Notes: generated by a model not told the origin, from the sequence alone. A stretch of 32,000 nucleotides of DNA from an uncultured archaeon (GCA_964648855.1 CAZYLT010000013.1:50147-82146); one strand, 5' to 3'. Positions 18,479 through 27,649 are shown, counted from the first letter of the stretch. Translations and numbers: made by a program.

Positions 18479-19219
18479 ATGCTGGAGAACACTGAGAATA
18501 GGCATTCAGGTAAAGAGAGCTCGCAGCTAGAAGCGGTATTTCTATACATGGGAATACTCGATGCGTATGAAGCTGTGGGCGTTGAGTTGATAGGGCCCGA
18601 TGTCTTAGAGAATCATGTGCTGCCTAGAATGATATATTATGTTACCGAGTTTTTGCCAGAGGTCTTCTCAGAGCGCGCAAACACAGATGAGCTCACAAGA
18701 GAGCTAGAGGAATTCATTGCTGACTTCCGCGAGCGTGTTGATCGTGCACGCGAATCAGGATCCGCTAAGGGGTTGAGTATTGAGGATATATGGAAGCTGA
18801 GAGCCGCTATTTTTGGATTTGAGAGCGTCTTCATCAACATTCTGGGTAAAGCAGCAATCAAAGACTACGTTTTCATTCGTATAGCGGACATCCTTTCAGC
18901 TTATTTGCCAGATAATCTCTTGGACCCCAACATTTCCTTGGAAAATAAGCTTCGAGACTATGCCAAATTCCTAACAGAACACGAATTTGTAAAATTCGCA
19001 CGGGTTGAGTCAAAGGATGATAAAATAGTAGTAGCAACAAATAATTGCGCGTTTTCGCAGATTCACAATTCAGAAGCGTATACAAATCTGAATGTTCGAT
19101 TCTGCCCGTGGGGAATGATTGGATCGGCTATAGTAGCAGCCCATGAAGGCAAAGAGGCACTGCTTGAATCCAGTCTATTTACCACAAGAGGTAGTGTCAG
19201 CACAATCTCGAAGAAATGA
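18479..19219 (+). CDS. V4R/MetOD1-like domain protein with duplicated helical N-terminus
   Basis: C-terminal IVVATNNCAFSQIH...FCPWGMIG pattern and an internal repeat. Confidence 0.65.
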   Translation: MLENTENRHSGKESSQLEAVFLYMGILDAYEAVGVELIGPDVLENHVLPRMIYYVTEFLPEVFSERANTDELTRELEEFIADFRERVDRARESGSAKGLSIEDIWKLRAAIFGFESVFINILGKAAIKDYVFIRIADILSAYLPDNLLDPNISLENKLRDYAKFLTEHEFVKFARVESKDDKIVVATNNCAFSQIHNSEAYTNLNVRFCPWGMIGSAIVAAHEGKEALLESSLFTTRGSVSTISKK

Positions 19220-19237
19220 ATTTGGAGTGGAATTGCA

Positions 19238-19669
19238 ATGCAAATGTTAACTGGTGGTCAAATCGCAACAATTGTGTTTGTGGTGGAGTCTATTGTATTT
19301 CTTTCTGTAATGATTGGATGGTTGTATGGAGCAAGGCGGATGGACTATGACACTCATCATAGATTTATCTATCCAGCGATGCTAATTCATGTCATTACCG
19401 TAAGTTTGTGGATGATACCTCGCGCTATGCAACTTGCTGAAGAAGGGCTATTTGACGATCCCGTAGGCAATTGGTATCAGATTGTTCACGATGCAATAGG
19501 TTTTGTGGCAATTGCGCTGGGATTAATCATCGCACTGACCTTCCTTGTGAAGTCAGATATGCCGCTCAATATTCTGCAAAAGGCGAAGCCATTGATGTGG
19601 GTAACACTTGGATTATGGCTTGTGTCTTTTGTCTTGGGAATCATCGCGTATCTAGCCCGCTTTGCATGA
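19238..19669 (+). CDS. four-TM DUF420-like membrane protein
   Basis: ARR..YDTHH...LIH and VHDAIG histidine pattern; 4 TM helices. Confidence 0.7.
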   Translation: MQMLTGGQIATIVFVVESIVFLSVMIGWLYGARRMDYDTHHRFIYPAMLIHVITVSLWMIPRAMQLAEEGLFDDPVGNWYQIVHDAIGFVAIALGLIIALTFLVKSDMPLNILQKAKPLMWVTLGLWLVSFVLGIIAYLARFA

Positions 19670-19748
19670 CTCAGTAAGATGATTACCGTACGATGGTATA
19701 ACAGCTTGGGCGCCGCAATACGTATAATCGAAGATTGTATCTCTACTA

Positions 19749-20084
19749 GTGGTGTCCTCCTTGGCCTCAACGACATATGGGCAATTATCTCCTGCTGAAC
19801 TTCATGAGTTGAAAAAGCTCAAAGAAGTCAAAGAGGCTTTAGATAAATTAAAACGGAGAGGCATCTCTGCGGATATCCCGATTTGCCCCGTTTGCAAGAG
19901 CCATAGACTTGTCAGGCTAACATCATATTATGACTTGGGCTATATTGGAAGCTTCCATCCAGCTTACTACTGTCTTGACTGTGGGTGGTACGGCAGAACA
20001 ACTGTCGTCATGTCCAATAGGTCTGAGAAGAATGAAGTTCTTGAAGACCTGATGTTTGCCTTCTCAGACCTAATGGAAGAGTAA
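19749..20084 (+). CDS. zinc-ribbon protein
   Basis: CPVC...YYCLDCGWYG; start may be TTG 19761. Confidence 0.75.
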   Translation: MVSSLASTTYGQLSPAELHELKKLKEVKEALDKLKRRGISADIPICPVCKSHRLVRLTSYYDLGYIGSFHPAYYCLDCGWYGRTTVVMSNRSEKNEVLEDLMFAFSDLMEE

Positions 20085-20106
20085 AATCATAAATCGGAGA
20101 CAGGCG

Positions 20107-20397
20107 TCATTCTCTATCGATTCGAGTTAGCTCAAAAATCACCGGGTTGAAGCCATCCGGACAGGCATGCGTTGCTGAACATTGATCTTCTAGCCATGGA
20201 AATCTTGCATTGTATGTCATGGCGTACACTTTAGGCATCATGGAATAGAGGGCACTCAGACATATTTTGCCCTTCACCTCTTCACCCGTGAAGATTATCT
20301 CATCTCCGACTTTGTGTCCCGCTGCACAGTCACCCTCTTGGGAAATAACTCTACATCTGATTTGCCAAGGTTCTTGTCTTAAACACTCATCACTCAT
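20107..20397 (-). CDS. TIGR04076 family protein
   Basis: G.C.AGHKVGD, IC..AL and CPD..NPVIFEL motifs; likely ATG at 20397 (track start 20520). Confidence 0.88.
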   Translation of the reverse strand: MSDECLRQEPWQIRCRVISQEGDCAAGHKVGDEIIFTGEEVKGKICLSALYSMMPKVYAMTYNARFPWLEDQCSATHACPDGFNPVIFELTRIDRE

Positions 20398-20674
20398 GGG
20401 TTTCATCCCTTTCGAATAGCATTCTGAGCCTCCATATAGGCTTTGTACCTGCAGGGGAATGATATTCCAATTATGGTTGCCCTTCTTCTCGTAGAGATTT
20501 AGGTTCATCCCATCCCCCAACGCTGATCGACGGAACTACCTATTTTAGTGATCGCTTCGAGATAAGATGCACTACAGGGTATCCATACTGCTGGTCCTCA
20601 AAGGGAACGAACTGAATTAAGTTGTTGGGATAATCTTAGTGCAGCCCAGTTTTTTGGCAGGATAAACCAGGCCT

Positions 20675-21328
20675 TTAGGTTCTATTGTAGTAGTCACAGA
20701 TTGAACTTAGAAAGCAAATATCACACTTTGGTGAGCGGGCCTTGCAAATCTCTCTTCCATGTTTCACAAGATTGTGATTTAGCGAATAAATACAATACTC
20801 AGGAATGATCTCCTCAAGGAGAGGCTGCGCCTGCTCCCGTGATGTGCTCTGGGGAATTAGACCTAGTCTTTTTGTAACTCTCCAGACATGTGTATCGACA
20901 GGAAGGGTGGGCTTCCCAAAGCAGAATAATAGTACAATAGAAGCGGTCTTTGGGCCTACTCCATGAAGCGACGTCAACCAATCTAATGCTTCATTCCTAT
21001 GCATGTGTTCCAGAAGAGTGAGATCGAGCTCACCCACCCGCCGCCTAATCTCTTCTAAAGATGCCTGAATCCGTTCAGCCTTGATGCGGAAGAAGCCCGA
21101 GGATCGGATAGTATCTGCAACTTCTGGTTGAGGCGCTTCTAGGACTTCCTCCCATGAGTCATACTTCTCCTTCAGCGCGTGGTAACCTCTGTACATATTC
21201 ACATTGGACGTGTTCTGGCTAAGAATTGTCAGCACGAGCTCATCGACCGGAGGCAGGTTTCGTTCTACAACTACATCACCATAATGGTCTACGAGTTGTT
21301 TACATACCGCTTCGGCCTTGGATTTCAA
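20675..21328 (-). CDS. nth: endonuclease III family DNA glycosylase
   Basis: TILSQNT, LHGVGPKTA, PVDTHVWRV and C-x6-C-x2-C-x5-C [4Fe-4S] motif. Confidence 0.93.
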   Translation of the reverse strand: MKSKAEAVCKQLVDHYGDVVVERNLPPVDELVLTILSQNTSNVNMYRGYHALKEKYDSWEEVLEAPQPEVADTIRSSGFFRIKAERIQASLEEIRRRVGELDLTLLEHMHRNEALDWLTSLHGVGPKTASIVLLFCFGKPTLPVDTHVWRVTKRLGLIPQSTSREQAQPLLEEIIPEYCIYSLNHNLVKHGREICKARSPKCDICFLSSICDYYNRT

Positions 21329-21423
21329 ATCGATGCTGATTTCCTCCTTGATTCAACAATATCGTTTCATGTATATTCAGAAACGTTTAGTTAAGGGTAA
21401 TATCAGTTACCTTTTGATTCACG

Positions 21424-21840
21424 ATGACAGTTCTAGTAATTTACGAAACTACCAGAGGCCGAACGAGAGCAATGGCTGAGGCAATATGCAAGGGTGTTGA
21501 ATCGGAGGGCAAGCCCTGCAATTTGGTAGAGGCAAAGAATTTTCGTGGCCTTGGAGAACCATGTGCCATTGCCATGGGTAGTTCAACAAGGATGAAACGG
21601 ATTCTGCCAAAACTACGACAAATTCTCGCAGAATTACCAGACCTGACGGGCATTGCGGCAGCAGCATATGGCTCATATGGGTGGAGTGGAGAGGCGCCTG
21701 ATACAATAGCAGAAGAACTGAATAAATTGGGAGCAATCTTAGTGGAGGACCAGCCCATAAAAGCAAAAGACTATCCCAGTGAAGATGTTCTTGAGAAATG
21801 CAAGGAACTTGGTGTTGCTCTCGCTAGCAAATGCGATTGA
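21424..21840 (+). CDS. flavodoxin domain protein
   Basis: IYETTRGRTRAMAEAI and YGSYGWSGEA motifs. Confidence 0.9.
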   Translation: MTVLVIYETTRGRTRAMAEAICKGVESEGKPCNLVEAKNFRGLGEPCAIAMGSSTRMKRILPKLRQILAELPDLTGIAAAAYGSYGWSGEAPDTIAEELNKLGAILVEDQPIKAKDYPSEDVLEKCKELGVALASKCD

Positions 21841-21906
21841 CCGTTTCTAATGTCGATGTCACAATTCTTATCATTCAAATGCTGAATCGCAAGGGAGAGC
21901 GGCAAA

Positions 21907-23799
21907 ATGCAATATGTTAGAAGGCTAACTGGATATGCTTTAAGGTATAAAGCACTGTTTTTCGGGTTCTTAGCATGTGCTGGCATTGGTACCTTATTCA
22001 ACATACTCAGTCCGATAGTTCTAGCCAATATTATTGATGTCGTGATTTACCAGCGCCAATACGATCAACTTGCCTCTAATGTTATTCTCTACATCACACT
22101 AATGGGCTTATACGCCATATTTGATATCGCTGGCAGGTACGGTGCTGCTATCACTTCTCAGAAGGTAATCTACGACCTGAGAAAGGAACTATACGACTCC
22201 CTGATGGAAAAGGACCTCTCATTCTATGACCAGGAAGAAACCGGTCAACTGCTTTCCAGGGTGACAACAGATGTCAACCAGATGAAGCGATTTCTCTTTT
22301 GGGGATATAGGGTCATCTTCATTGGTTTCGCTACCATAGTGGGTGTCTACTTTGTAATGTACACCCTAAGTGTTAGCCTGACTTTGTTTATGCTACTACT
22401 TGTTCCTATAATCATCGCTTTCGTCTATGTGTTTGCACGCAAGGTGAGACCTGTCTTCATTGCAGCAAGAGAACAATTCGGCGATCTCAGTTCCGTTCTA
22501 TCGGAAAACATTGTAGGAATGAAGGTTGTAAAGAGCTATGCGGCGGGGGACAGTGAAAGCGAGAGAGTTAGAGAGGAGAACAAGAAGTTCTTGGACCTAC
22601 GAGTAGAAGCATTCAAGCTTTTTGCATTCTACAGACCATTGCTTCCTACTCTATTCGGAGCAGTTACTGGAGTTCTCATCTATATTGGCGGATACTCATT
22701 CATCATGGGAGATCTCTCCTATGGCGTATTCATTGGTTTTGTAACCTTGGTGGGCATGCTCATGCTACCCGCTCGGTTCCTTAGTTGGGGGGTTGGAATG
22801 TTTCAGAGGGCTTCAGCTGCGGCCGAACGCTCGTTCTATATTCTTGACCATAAAGATGAAGTTCTGAGCCCCGAAGATCCGATAACTAAGGATATTGAAG
22901 GTAAAATAGAGTTTGATAACGTATACTTCAGTTACGGGAAGGACACCTACATTCTCAAGGGGGTTTCAATGAAGGTAAAGCCTGGAAACGTAGTAGCACT
23001 ACTAGGAGGTACGGGCTCAGGTAAAACAACCCTCATGAATCTAATCCCAAGATTCTATGATGCCGATAGCGAGAGAAATGTCACGTATGAGGGTGAAACA
23101 TACAAGGTAATTGATGGTATTGTAGAAATAGGGGACAAAGAACACGAAGTACACAACGGAACAGTCACAATAGAGGGCGAAAACTTTGATGTGGTTGAGC
23201 CAGGTAGGTTGTATATCGATGGAGTAGATGTCCGTGAATATGACCTAGATGTACTTCGAGGAAGTATTGGTATGGTTCATCAAGACCCCTTTCTATTCTC
23301 AGCCACCATAAGAGAGAATATTGCATTTGCTAAACCCAACGCTCCTCTTGAAGATGTAGTCGACGCAGCAAAAGCAGCCATGATTCACGATTTTATTGTA
23401 ACTCTTGACGAGGGTTATGATGCGCCAGTAGGCGAACGAGGAGTAACGCTAAGCGGAGGGCAGAAACAGAGGATTGCTATTGCAAGAGCACTATTGACAG
23501 ACCCGAGGATTTTGATACTGGATGACTCGACCAGTTCTGTTGATGCCAATACTGAAATGAAAATTCAGATGGCTCTGGAGAACCTAATGGTAGGTAGAAC
23601 CACATTCATCATCACTCACAGGTTGAGTACTGTCAGAAATGCAGACCTGATTGTTATGCTGGAACGAGGTAAAATTGTGGAGATGGGTTCTCATGAAGAA
23701 CTCATGAAAGAGGAAGGGCTCTACGCCGGAATTCACGATACGTTGTTTGAGATGGAACTTGCGGCTTCAACCATAGAAGGAGGTGCATCTGATGAGTAG
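21907..23799 (+). CDS. ABC exporter TMD-NBD half-transporter, degenerate Walker B, with NBD insertion
   Basis: 6 TM helices, GGTGSGKTT, LSGGQKQR, ILDDSTS and THR motifs. Confidence 0.95.
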   Translation: MQYVRRLTGYALRYKALFFGFLACAGIGTLFNILSPIVLANIIDVVIYQRQYDQLASNVILYITLMGLYAIFDIAGRYGAAITSQKVIYDLRKELYDSLMEKDLSFYDQEETGQLLSRVTTDVNQMKRFLFWGYRVIFIGFATIVGVYFVMYTLSVSLTLFMLLLVPIIIAFVYVFARKVRPVFIAAREQFGDLSSVLSENIVGMKVVKSYAAGDSESERVREENKKFLDLRVEAFKLFAFYRPLLPTLFGAVTGVLIYIGGYSFIMGDLSYGVFIGFVTLVGMLMLPARFLSWGVGMFQRASAAAERSFYILDHKDEVLSPEDPITKDIEGKIEFDNVYFSYGKDTYILKGVSMKVKPGNVVALLGGTGSGKTTLMNLIPRFYDADSERNVTYEGETYKVIDGIVEIGDKEHEVHNGTVTIEGENFDVVEPGRLYIDGVDVREYDLDVLRGSIGMVHQDPFLFSATIRENIAFAKPNAPLEDVVDAAKAAMIHDFIVTLDEGYDAPVGERGVTLSGGQKQRIAIARALLTDPRILILDDSTSSVDANTEMKIQMALENLMVGRTTFIITHRLSTVRNADLIVMLERGKIVEMGSHEELMKEEGLYAGIHDTLFEMELAASTIEGGASDE

Positions 23800-25606
23800 T
23801 GGACTGAATGCTCAAGATGACCCGGATGCCAGAAGCTACGAGTATTCTGATTCAACTCTACTGAAGAGAATGGTTGGGTATCTGCTTGTATATGGAAAGG
23901 AATTTGCAGTGGTGGCTGTACTAGTTGCAATCAGTATTGCCCTCGATATCACTATACCATTTGTAATGAGACAAGCCATCGATGTGGATTTCCCCAGTGG
24001 TGACCTGCGTGCACTTGCAATAACGGCGGCCACATATGTTGTATTGCGGCTTGGTGTCTGGATTACCACGTACGGAACTGAGTATATCACATCTCGAATG
24101 GGAGAGAATGCTATCTTCGATATCCGACAAGAACTTTATGGGCATTTACAGAATCTCTCTCAAGATTTCTATGACAGTTCCTCATCAGGTCGTGTTATTA
24201 GCCGCTTGACAAACGACATTGAGAAGATGAGTGAACTACTGAATGGAGGACTCATCACTACTTTCGCACAAATATTCATCATAATAGCAATAGGTGGGGT
24301 AATCTTCTCAGTTGATTTTCAACTGGCGTTGGTTTCCCTGGCAGTAATACCACTTCTGTTACTCTCTACTATATACTTCAGAAAGAAACTCCGGGAAGCA
24401 TATCGCAGCACGCGTAAGACCATTTCTAGTGTAACCTCCAATTTTGCTGAGAGCATCTCAGGGGCAAAGGTCACTAAGAGCTTTGCCAGAGAAGACACCA
24501 ATGTTGAGATTTTTGATGAGGTCAATAAAGCAGATTATGAGTCGAATATAGACGCAGGAAAGGCTCAATCCACCTTCTTCCCCACGATTCGGTTCATTGG
24601 GGGACTAGGAATCATTCTCATCTTATGGTTCGGCGGTTTTAGGCTAATTCAGGGAACTATCACACTAGGAACGGTTGTTCTCTTCATTCAGTTCAATGAC
24701 AGATTCTTCAGACCAATCCTCATCATCTCAAACTTCTACACATCCGTTCAGAGTGCATTTGCGGGCGGAGAAAGGGTATTCTCAATTCTCGATGAAGAAC
24801 CGTCGATTGTAGACAGGGAAGACGCCATTGTGATGCCCCCAGTGAAGGGACATGTTGAGTTTGATGATGTTACATTTGGATATGTTGAAGACAAACCGGT
24901 TCTTGAGGACTTCAATCTCGAGATAAAACCTGGTGAAGCTATTGCCTTAGTAGGAGATACGGGGGCAGGAAAATCGACTGTTGTCAATCTCTTAAACCGT
25001 TTCTATGACGTCTGGGAGGGCTCAGTCAAAATAGATGATATGGACATCAGAAACTTCACCCTTGAGTCGCTGAGAGAGAACATTGGACTTGTCCTTCAAG
25101 ACCCTTTCCTCTTCATGGGAACCGTACTGGAAAATATTAGATATGGGAAGCCAGATGCAACAAAGGAAGAGGTAATCAAAGCCACTGAAGCAATTGGGGC
25201 AAAGAGGGTCCTAAAGAGCCTCAAGAATGGATTCGAAACAGAAGTGGGAGAGAGAGGAAGCATGCTTTCGGAGGGAGAACGTCAACTCGTAAGTTTTGCC
25301 CGTGCACTGCTAGCCAACCCACGAATACTTGTCTTGGACGAAGCGACTAGCTCAATTGACGTATATACCGAATATGCGATTCAAAAGGGAATGAGAGCGC
25401 TGTTAGAGGGAAGAACATCTATTGTGATAGCTCACAGACTCTCGACTATCGTGAATGCCAATCGCATACTGGTTCTCGAAGAGGGTAAAATCGTAGAAAC
25501 CGGGACACATGCAGAACTAATCAAGAAAAAAGGCAAGTACTTCTCTCTTTATGAGCTCCAGATTAAACCTCGTGCAATGCAAAAGGCGGCCGAAGCAAAA
25601 ACATAG
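23792..25606 (+). CDS. ABC exporter TMD-NBD half-transporter (heterodimer partner)
   Basis: GDTGAGKST, LSEGERQ, LDEATS and AHR motifs; ATG 23792 with GGAGGTG SD overlapping the upstream stop. Confidence 0.95.
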   Translation: MSSGLNAQDDPDARSYEYSDSTLLKRMVGYLLVYGKEFAVVAVLVAISIALDITIPFVMRQAIDVDFPSGDLRALAITAATYVVLRLGVWITTYGTEYITSRMGENAIFDIRQELYGHLQNLSQDFYDSSSSGRVISRLTNDIEKMSELLNGGLITTFAQIFIIIAIGGVIFSVDFQLALVSLAVIPLLLLSTIYFRKKLREAYRSTRKTISSVTSNFAESISGAKVTKSFAREDTNVEIFDEVNKADYESNIDAGKAQSTFFPTIRFIGGLGIILILWFGGFRLIQGTITLGTVVLFIQFNDRFFRPILIISNFYTSVQSAFAGGERVFSILDEEPSIVDREDAIVMPPVKGHVEFDDVTFGYVEDKPVLEDFNLEIKPGEAIALVGDTGAGKSTVVNLLNRFYDVWEGSVKIDDMDIRNFTLESLRENIGLVLQDPFLFMGTVLENIRYGKPDATKEEVIKATEAIGAKRVLKSLKNGFETEVGERGSMLSEGERQLVSFARALLANPRILVLDEATSSIDVYTEYAIQKGMRALLEGRTSIVIAHRLSTIVNANRILVLEEGKIVETGTHAELIKKKGKYFSLYELQIKPRAMQKAAEAKT

Positions 25607-25645
25607 AGAGAGCCCCCTTGAAAAAACGGGAAAAGAAGGCTCTCT
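25607..25645. terminator. inverted repeat between convergent genes
   Basis: AGAGAGCC...GGCTCTCT with an A-rich (minus-strand U-rich) interior. Confidence 0.45.
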
Positions 25646-25656
25646 GTTTCAATGAA

Positions 25657-26418
25657 CTATTCCTCATCGTCCCAGTCGAAATCATCTACATCGTCAAAGG
25701 CATGGGGCATCTTTTTCATGGTATGGCGCAATCCCTTCAGACCCTTCAAGTGCTTCAGGTTGCTCAGAGCAGATGCTGCAGCTTGCGAGATTTGAGCACC
25801 AATATTAGCGAGCCCGGGAATACCTGCGATGCCGTTTGGGCCAACACGCAACATCCGTCTGCCTTTCCCACCAATCTCAACCCCTGAATCCGTGACATGT
25901 ACTAGTTTGTCATCTGATAAAACAGATACCTGCTCATCTCTCACAAACACCAACTTGTCAGTTTCTGCAACCAGTGTGATTTCCTTGTGATGATCTGATT
26001 TTCCAAGAACGACCAGTCCGCCTTTCAGGGAGACATCAGATTTGCCGCCTTTGATGGAGTGACCGATTCTTGATGTGGCGCGCTCTAGGAAGTCTTTGGC
26101 AGAATCATATCCAGCGATAGGAAAGTCGTTCTGTGATACCTTCCTGGAGAGGTCTTGGAGCCCAGTGCGGCCCAGGAGAATCTGAATGCCTGAGAGCGCA
26201 CCAGTAGTTGATTTGCCCATTGCACCATCGTCCGTTTCAATGATTGCATCTACTGCGTAGCTGCTTTCACCTCCAAACGCAATCCCAACTCTCTTGCCAT
26301 CATCGAGAAGATAACACCAAGGAGAGTTTTCTTCCAATAGGACGTATGCCTTCGTATAATCCAAGACCTTGTGATTCTGATTTGTTACGTATACTTCGTT
26401 GTCAGTTGTTATGGTCAT
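25657..26418 (-). CDS. hypothetical beta-rich protein, translationally coupled to the upstream regulator
   Basis: 253-aa ORF with TAATG stop/start overlap. Confidence 0.8.
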   Translation of the reverse strand: MTITTDNEVYVTNQNHKVLDYTKAYVLLEENSPWCYLLDDGKRVGIAFGGESSYAVDAIIETDDGAMGKSTTGALSGIQILLGRTGLQDLSRKVSQNDFPIAGYDSAKDFLERATSRIGHSIKGGKSDVSLKGGLVVLGKSDHHKEITLVAETDKLVFVRDEQVSVLSDDKLVHVTDSGVEIGGKGRRMLRVGPNGIAGIPGLANIGAQISQAAASALSNLKHLKGLKGLRHTMKKMPHAFDDVDDFDWDDEE

Positions 26419-27224
26419 TAGAATTCCTCCTCGTCAGAAAAATCAATTTCTACTTCACCTTCACGAGTTTCAGAATCCTCTACAAATTCCTCATCCTCTT
26501 CAGGCGGAGAGTTTCTAGATTTTCCATTCTTAGTCCGTTCATGTTCCAAGCGACTCGTCAACCATTGTGCCAAGCGGTATGCAAGTCGCCCCTCCACAGT
26601 CACGTAGTAGGTACCGCGGACTTCGCCCTTTATCACGTACCCCGCATCTAACAGCGGATTCAGGTGATGTGTTAGAGAGCTTCCGGTTTTGCCAGTCTCA
26701 TTCTCCAGCTCATTGAAGGTCTTGCTACCATCCTTGAGAAACTCCAAGATTTTCAGTCGTTCTTCACTACCAAGCGGACTGATTACCTCTGCAACTCTGT
26801 CGGGAGGAATATTCTCAATGTCCTTCCGCCTAGTTTTTCTGCCGCGCCTTCGCATGGATATTTGAGGAAACTTGATACTAGCATCAATTCCCTCTATACC
26901 GCGCATAGACGCTTCAATCTGCTCTCCAAGACCCTCCATCATGTTTTCAAGACTCTCGGTTAGTCCCGAGAGGTCAACATAAGGATGAGGTGGCCGTGGT
27001 GGTCTGGGTGTCTTGTGATGTGTTCTTGCCTTCGCGTATCGTTCACGTCGGGCCTTTTGACTTCGCACCTCATCAATTTCTTCCTTCAAGGTCTCCTTGA
27101 GGCGCCGGACTTCTTCTAGCTCCTTCTTTATTTCATCAACTCTTGCATGAGTATTTTCTTCGGGTTCGCGTTCGAGATCCTCCGAACCTGAGTCAGTGTT
27201 TTCATCGTTATTCCGTCCGAACAT
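26418..27224 (-). CDS. ArsR-like winged-helix transcriptional regulator with N-terminal coiled coil
   Basis: LGSEERLKILEFL...TFNEL...SSLTHHL..L...GYV...Y.VT.EG. Confidence 0.88.
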   Translation of the reverse strand: MFGRNNDENTDSGSEDLEREPEENTHARVDEIKKELEEVRRLKETLKEEIDEVRSQKARRERYAKARTHHKTPRPPRPPHPYVDLSGLTESLENMMEGLGEQIEASMRGIEGIDASIKFPQISMRRRGRKTRRKDIENIPPDRVAEVISPLGSEERLKILEFLKDGSKTFNELENETGKTGSSLTHHLNPLLDAGYVIKGEVRGTYYVTVEGRLAYRLAQWLTSRLEHERTKNGKSRNSPPEEDEEFVEDSETREGEVEIDFSDEEEF

Positions 27225-27248
27225 TTGTGTTCACTAACTGTAGTAATG

Positions 27249-27269
27249 TACATTTACCATATAAATGTA
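27249..27269. promoter_or_regulatory. putative operator TACATTTA-N5-TAAATGTA overlapping the regulator's TATA box
   Basis: Perfect 8-bp inverted repeat; minus-strand TTTATAT lies within it, about 35-40 nt upstream of the ATG. Confidence 0.65.
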
Positions 27270-27428
27270 TCTTTGTACACCAATCCCAGTGTGGCTATTA
27301 ATGATTGAAAGAACACCTAGAGAAATAGCGGTAAATGTACTGCACCCAATCACCCAATCTGCCTAAAATATTCTTAAAAGCAACTCAAAACAGTATTAGA
27401 GCCTCAGACTTTGAGGAGTGTGTAAACA

Positions 27429-27626
27429 CTGGCTAAGAAAAAGAAAGTAGAATATCCAACCTTCATCGTGAAGAGTGCAATAAAGGAATTTGCCAAGATG
27501 CATGACATGATGGTAGGCTCTGACGCCTATGATGCCATCAATGAAAGACTCGGGGAGATGCTCACGGAAGCAGCAAACCGAACAAAGGAAAATGGGAGAA
27601 AGACTCTCAAAGGCTACGACATGTAG
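27429..27626 (+). CDS. archaeal histone-fold protein (face-to-face/DUF1931-like), 65 aa, CTG start (not in ORF track)
   Basis: (M)AKKKKVEYPTFIVKSAIKEFAKMHDMMVGSDAYDAINERLGEMLTEAANRTKENGRKTLKGYDM; in-frame TAA two codons upstream; GAGGAGTG SD; TTAAAA promoter element at about 27374. Confidence 0.9.
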   Translation: MAKKKKVEYPTFIVKSAIKEFAKMHDMMVGSDAYDAINERLGEMLTEAANRTKENGRKTLKGYDM

Positions 27627-27649
27627 ATCTACCTAAATTTATTTGGAAT

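Noticed and set aside
23062-23202. Possible intein in the ABC NBD
   Set aside because: Too short and lacks C/S start and HN-C/S/T end motifs
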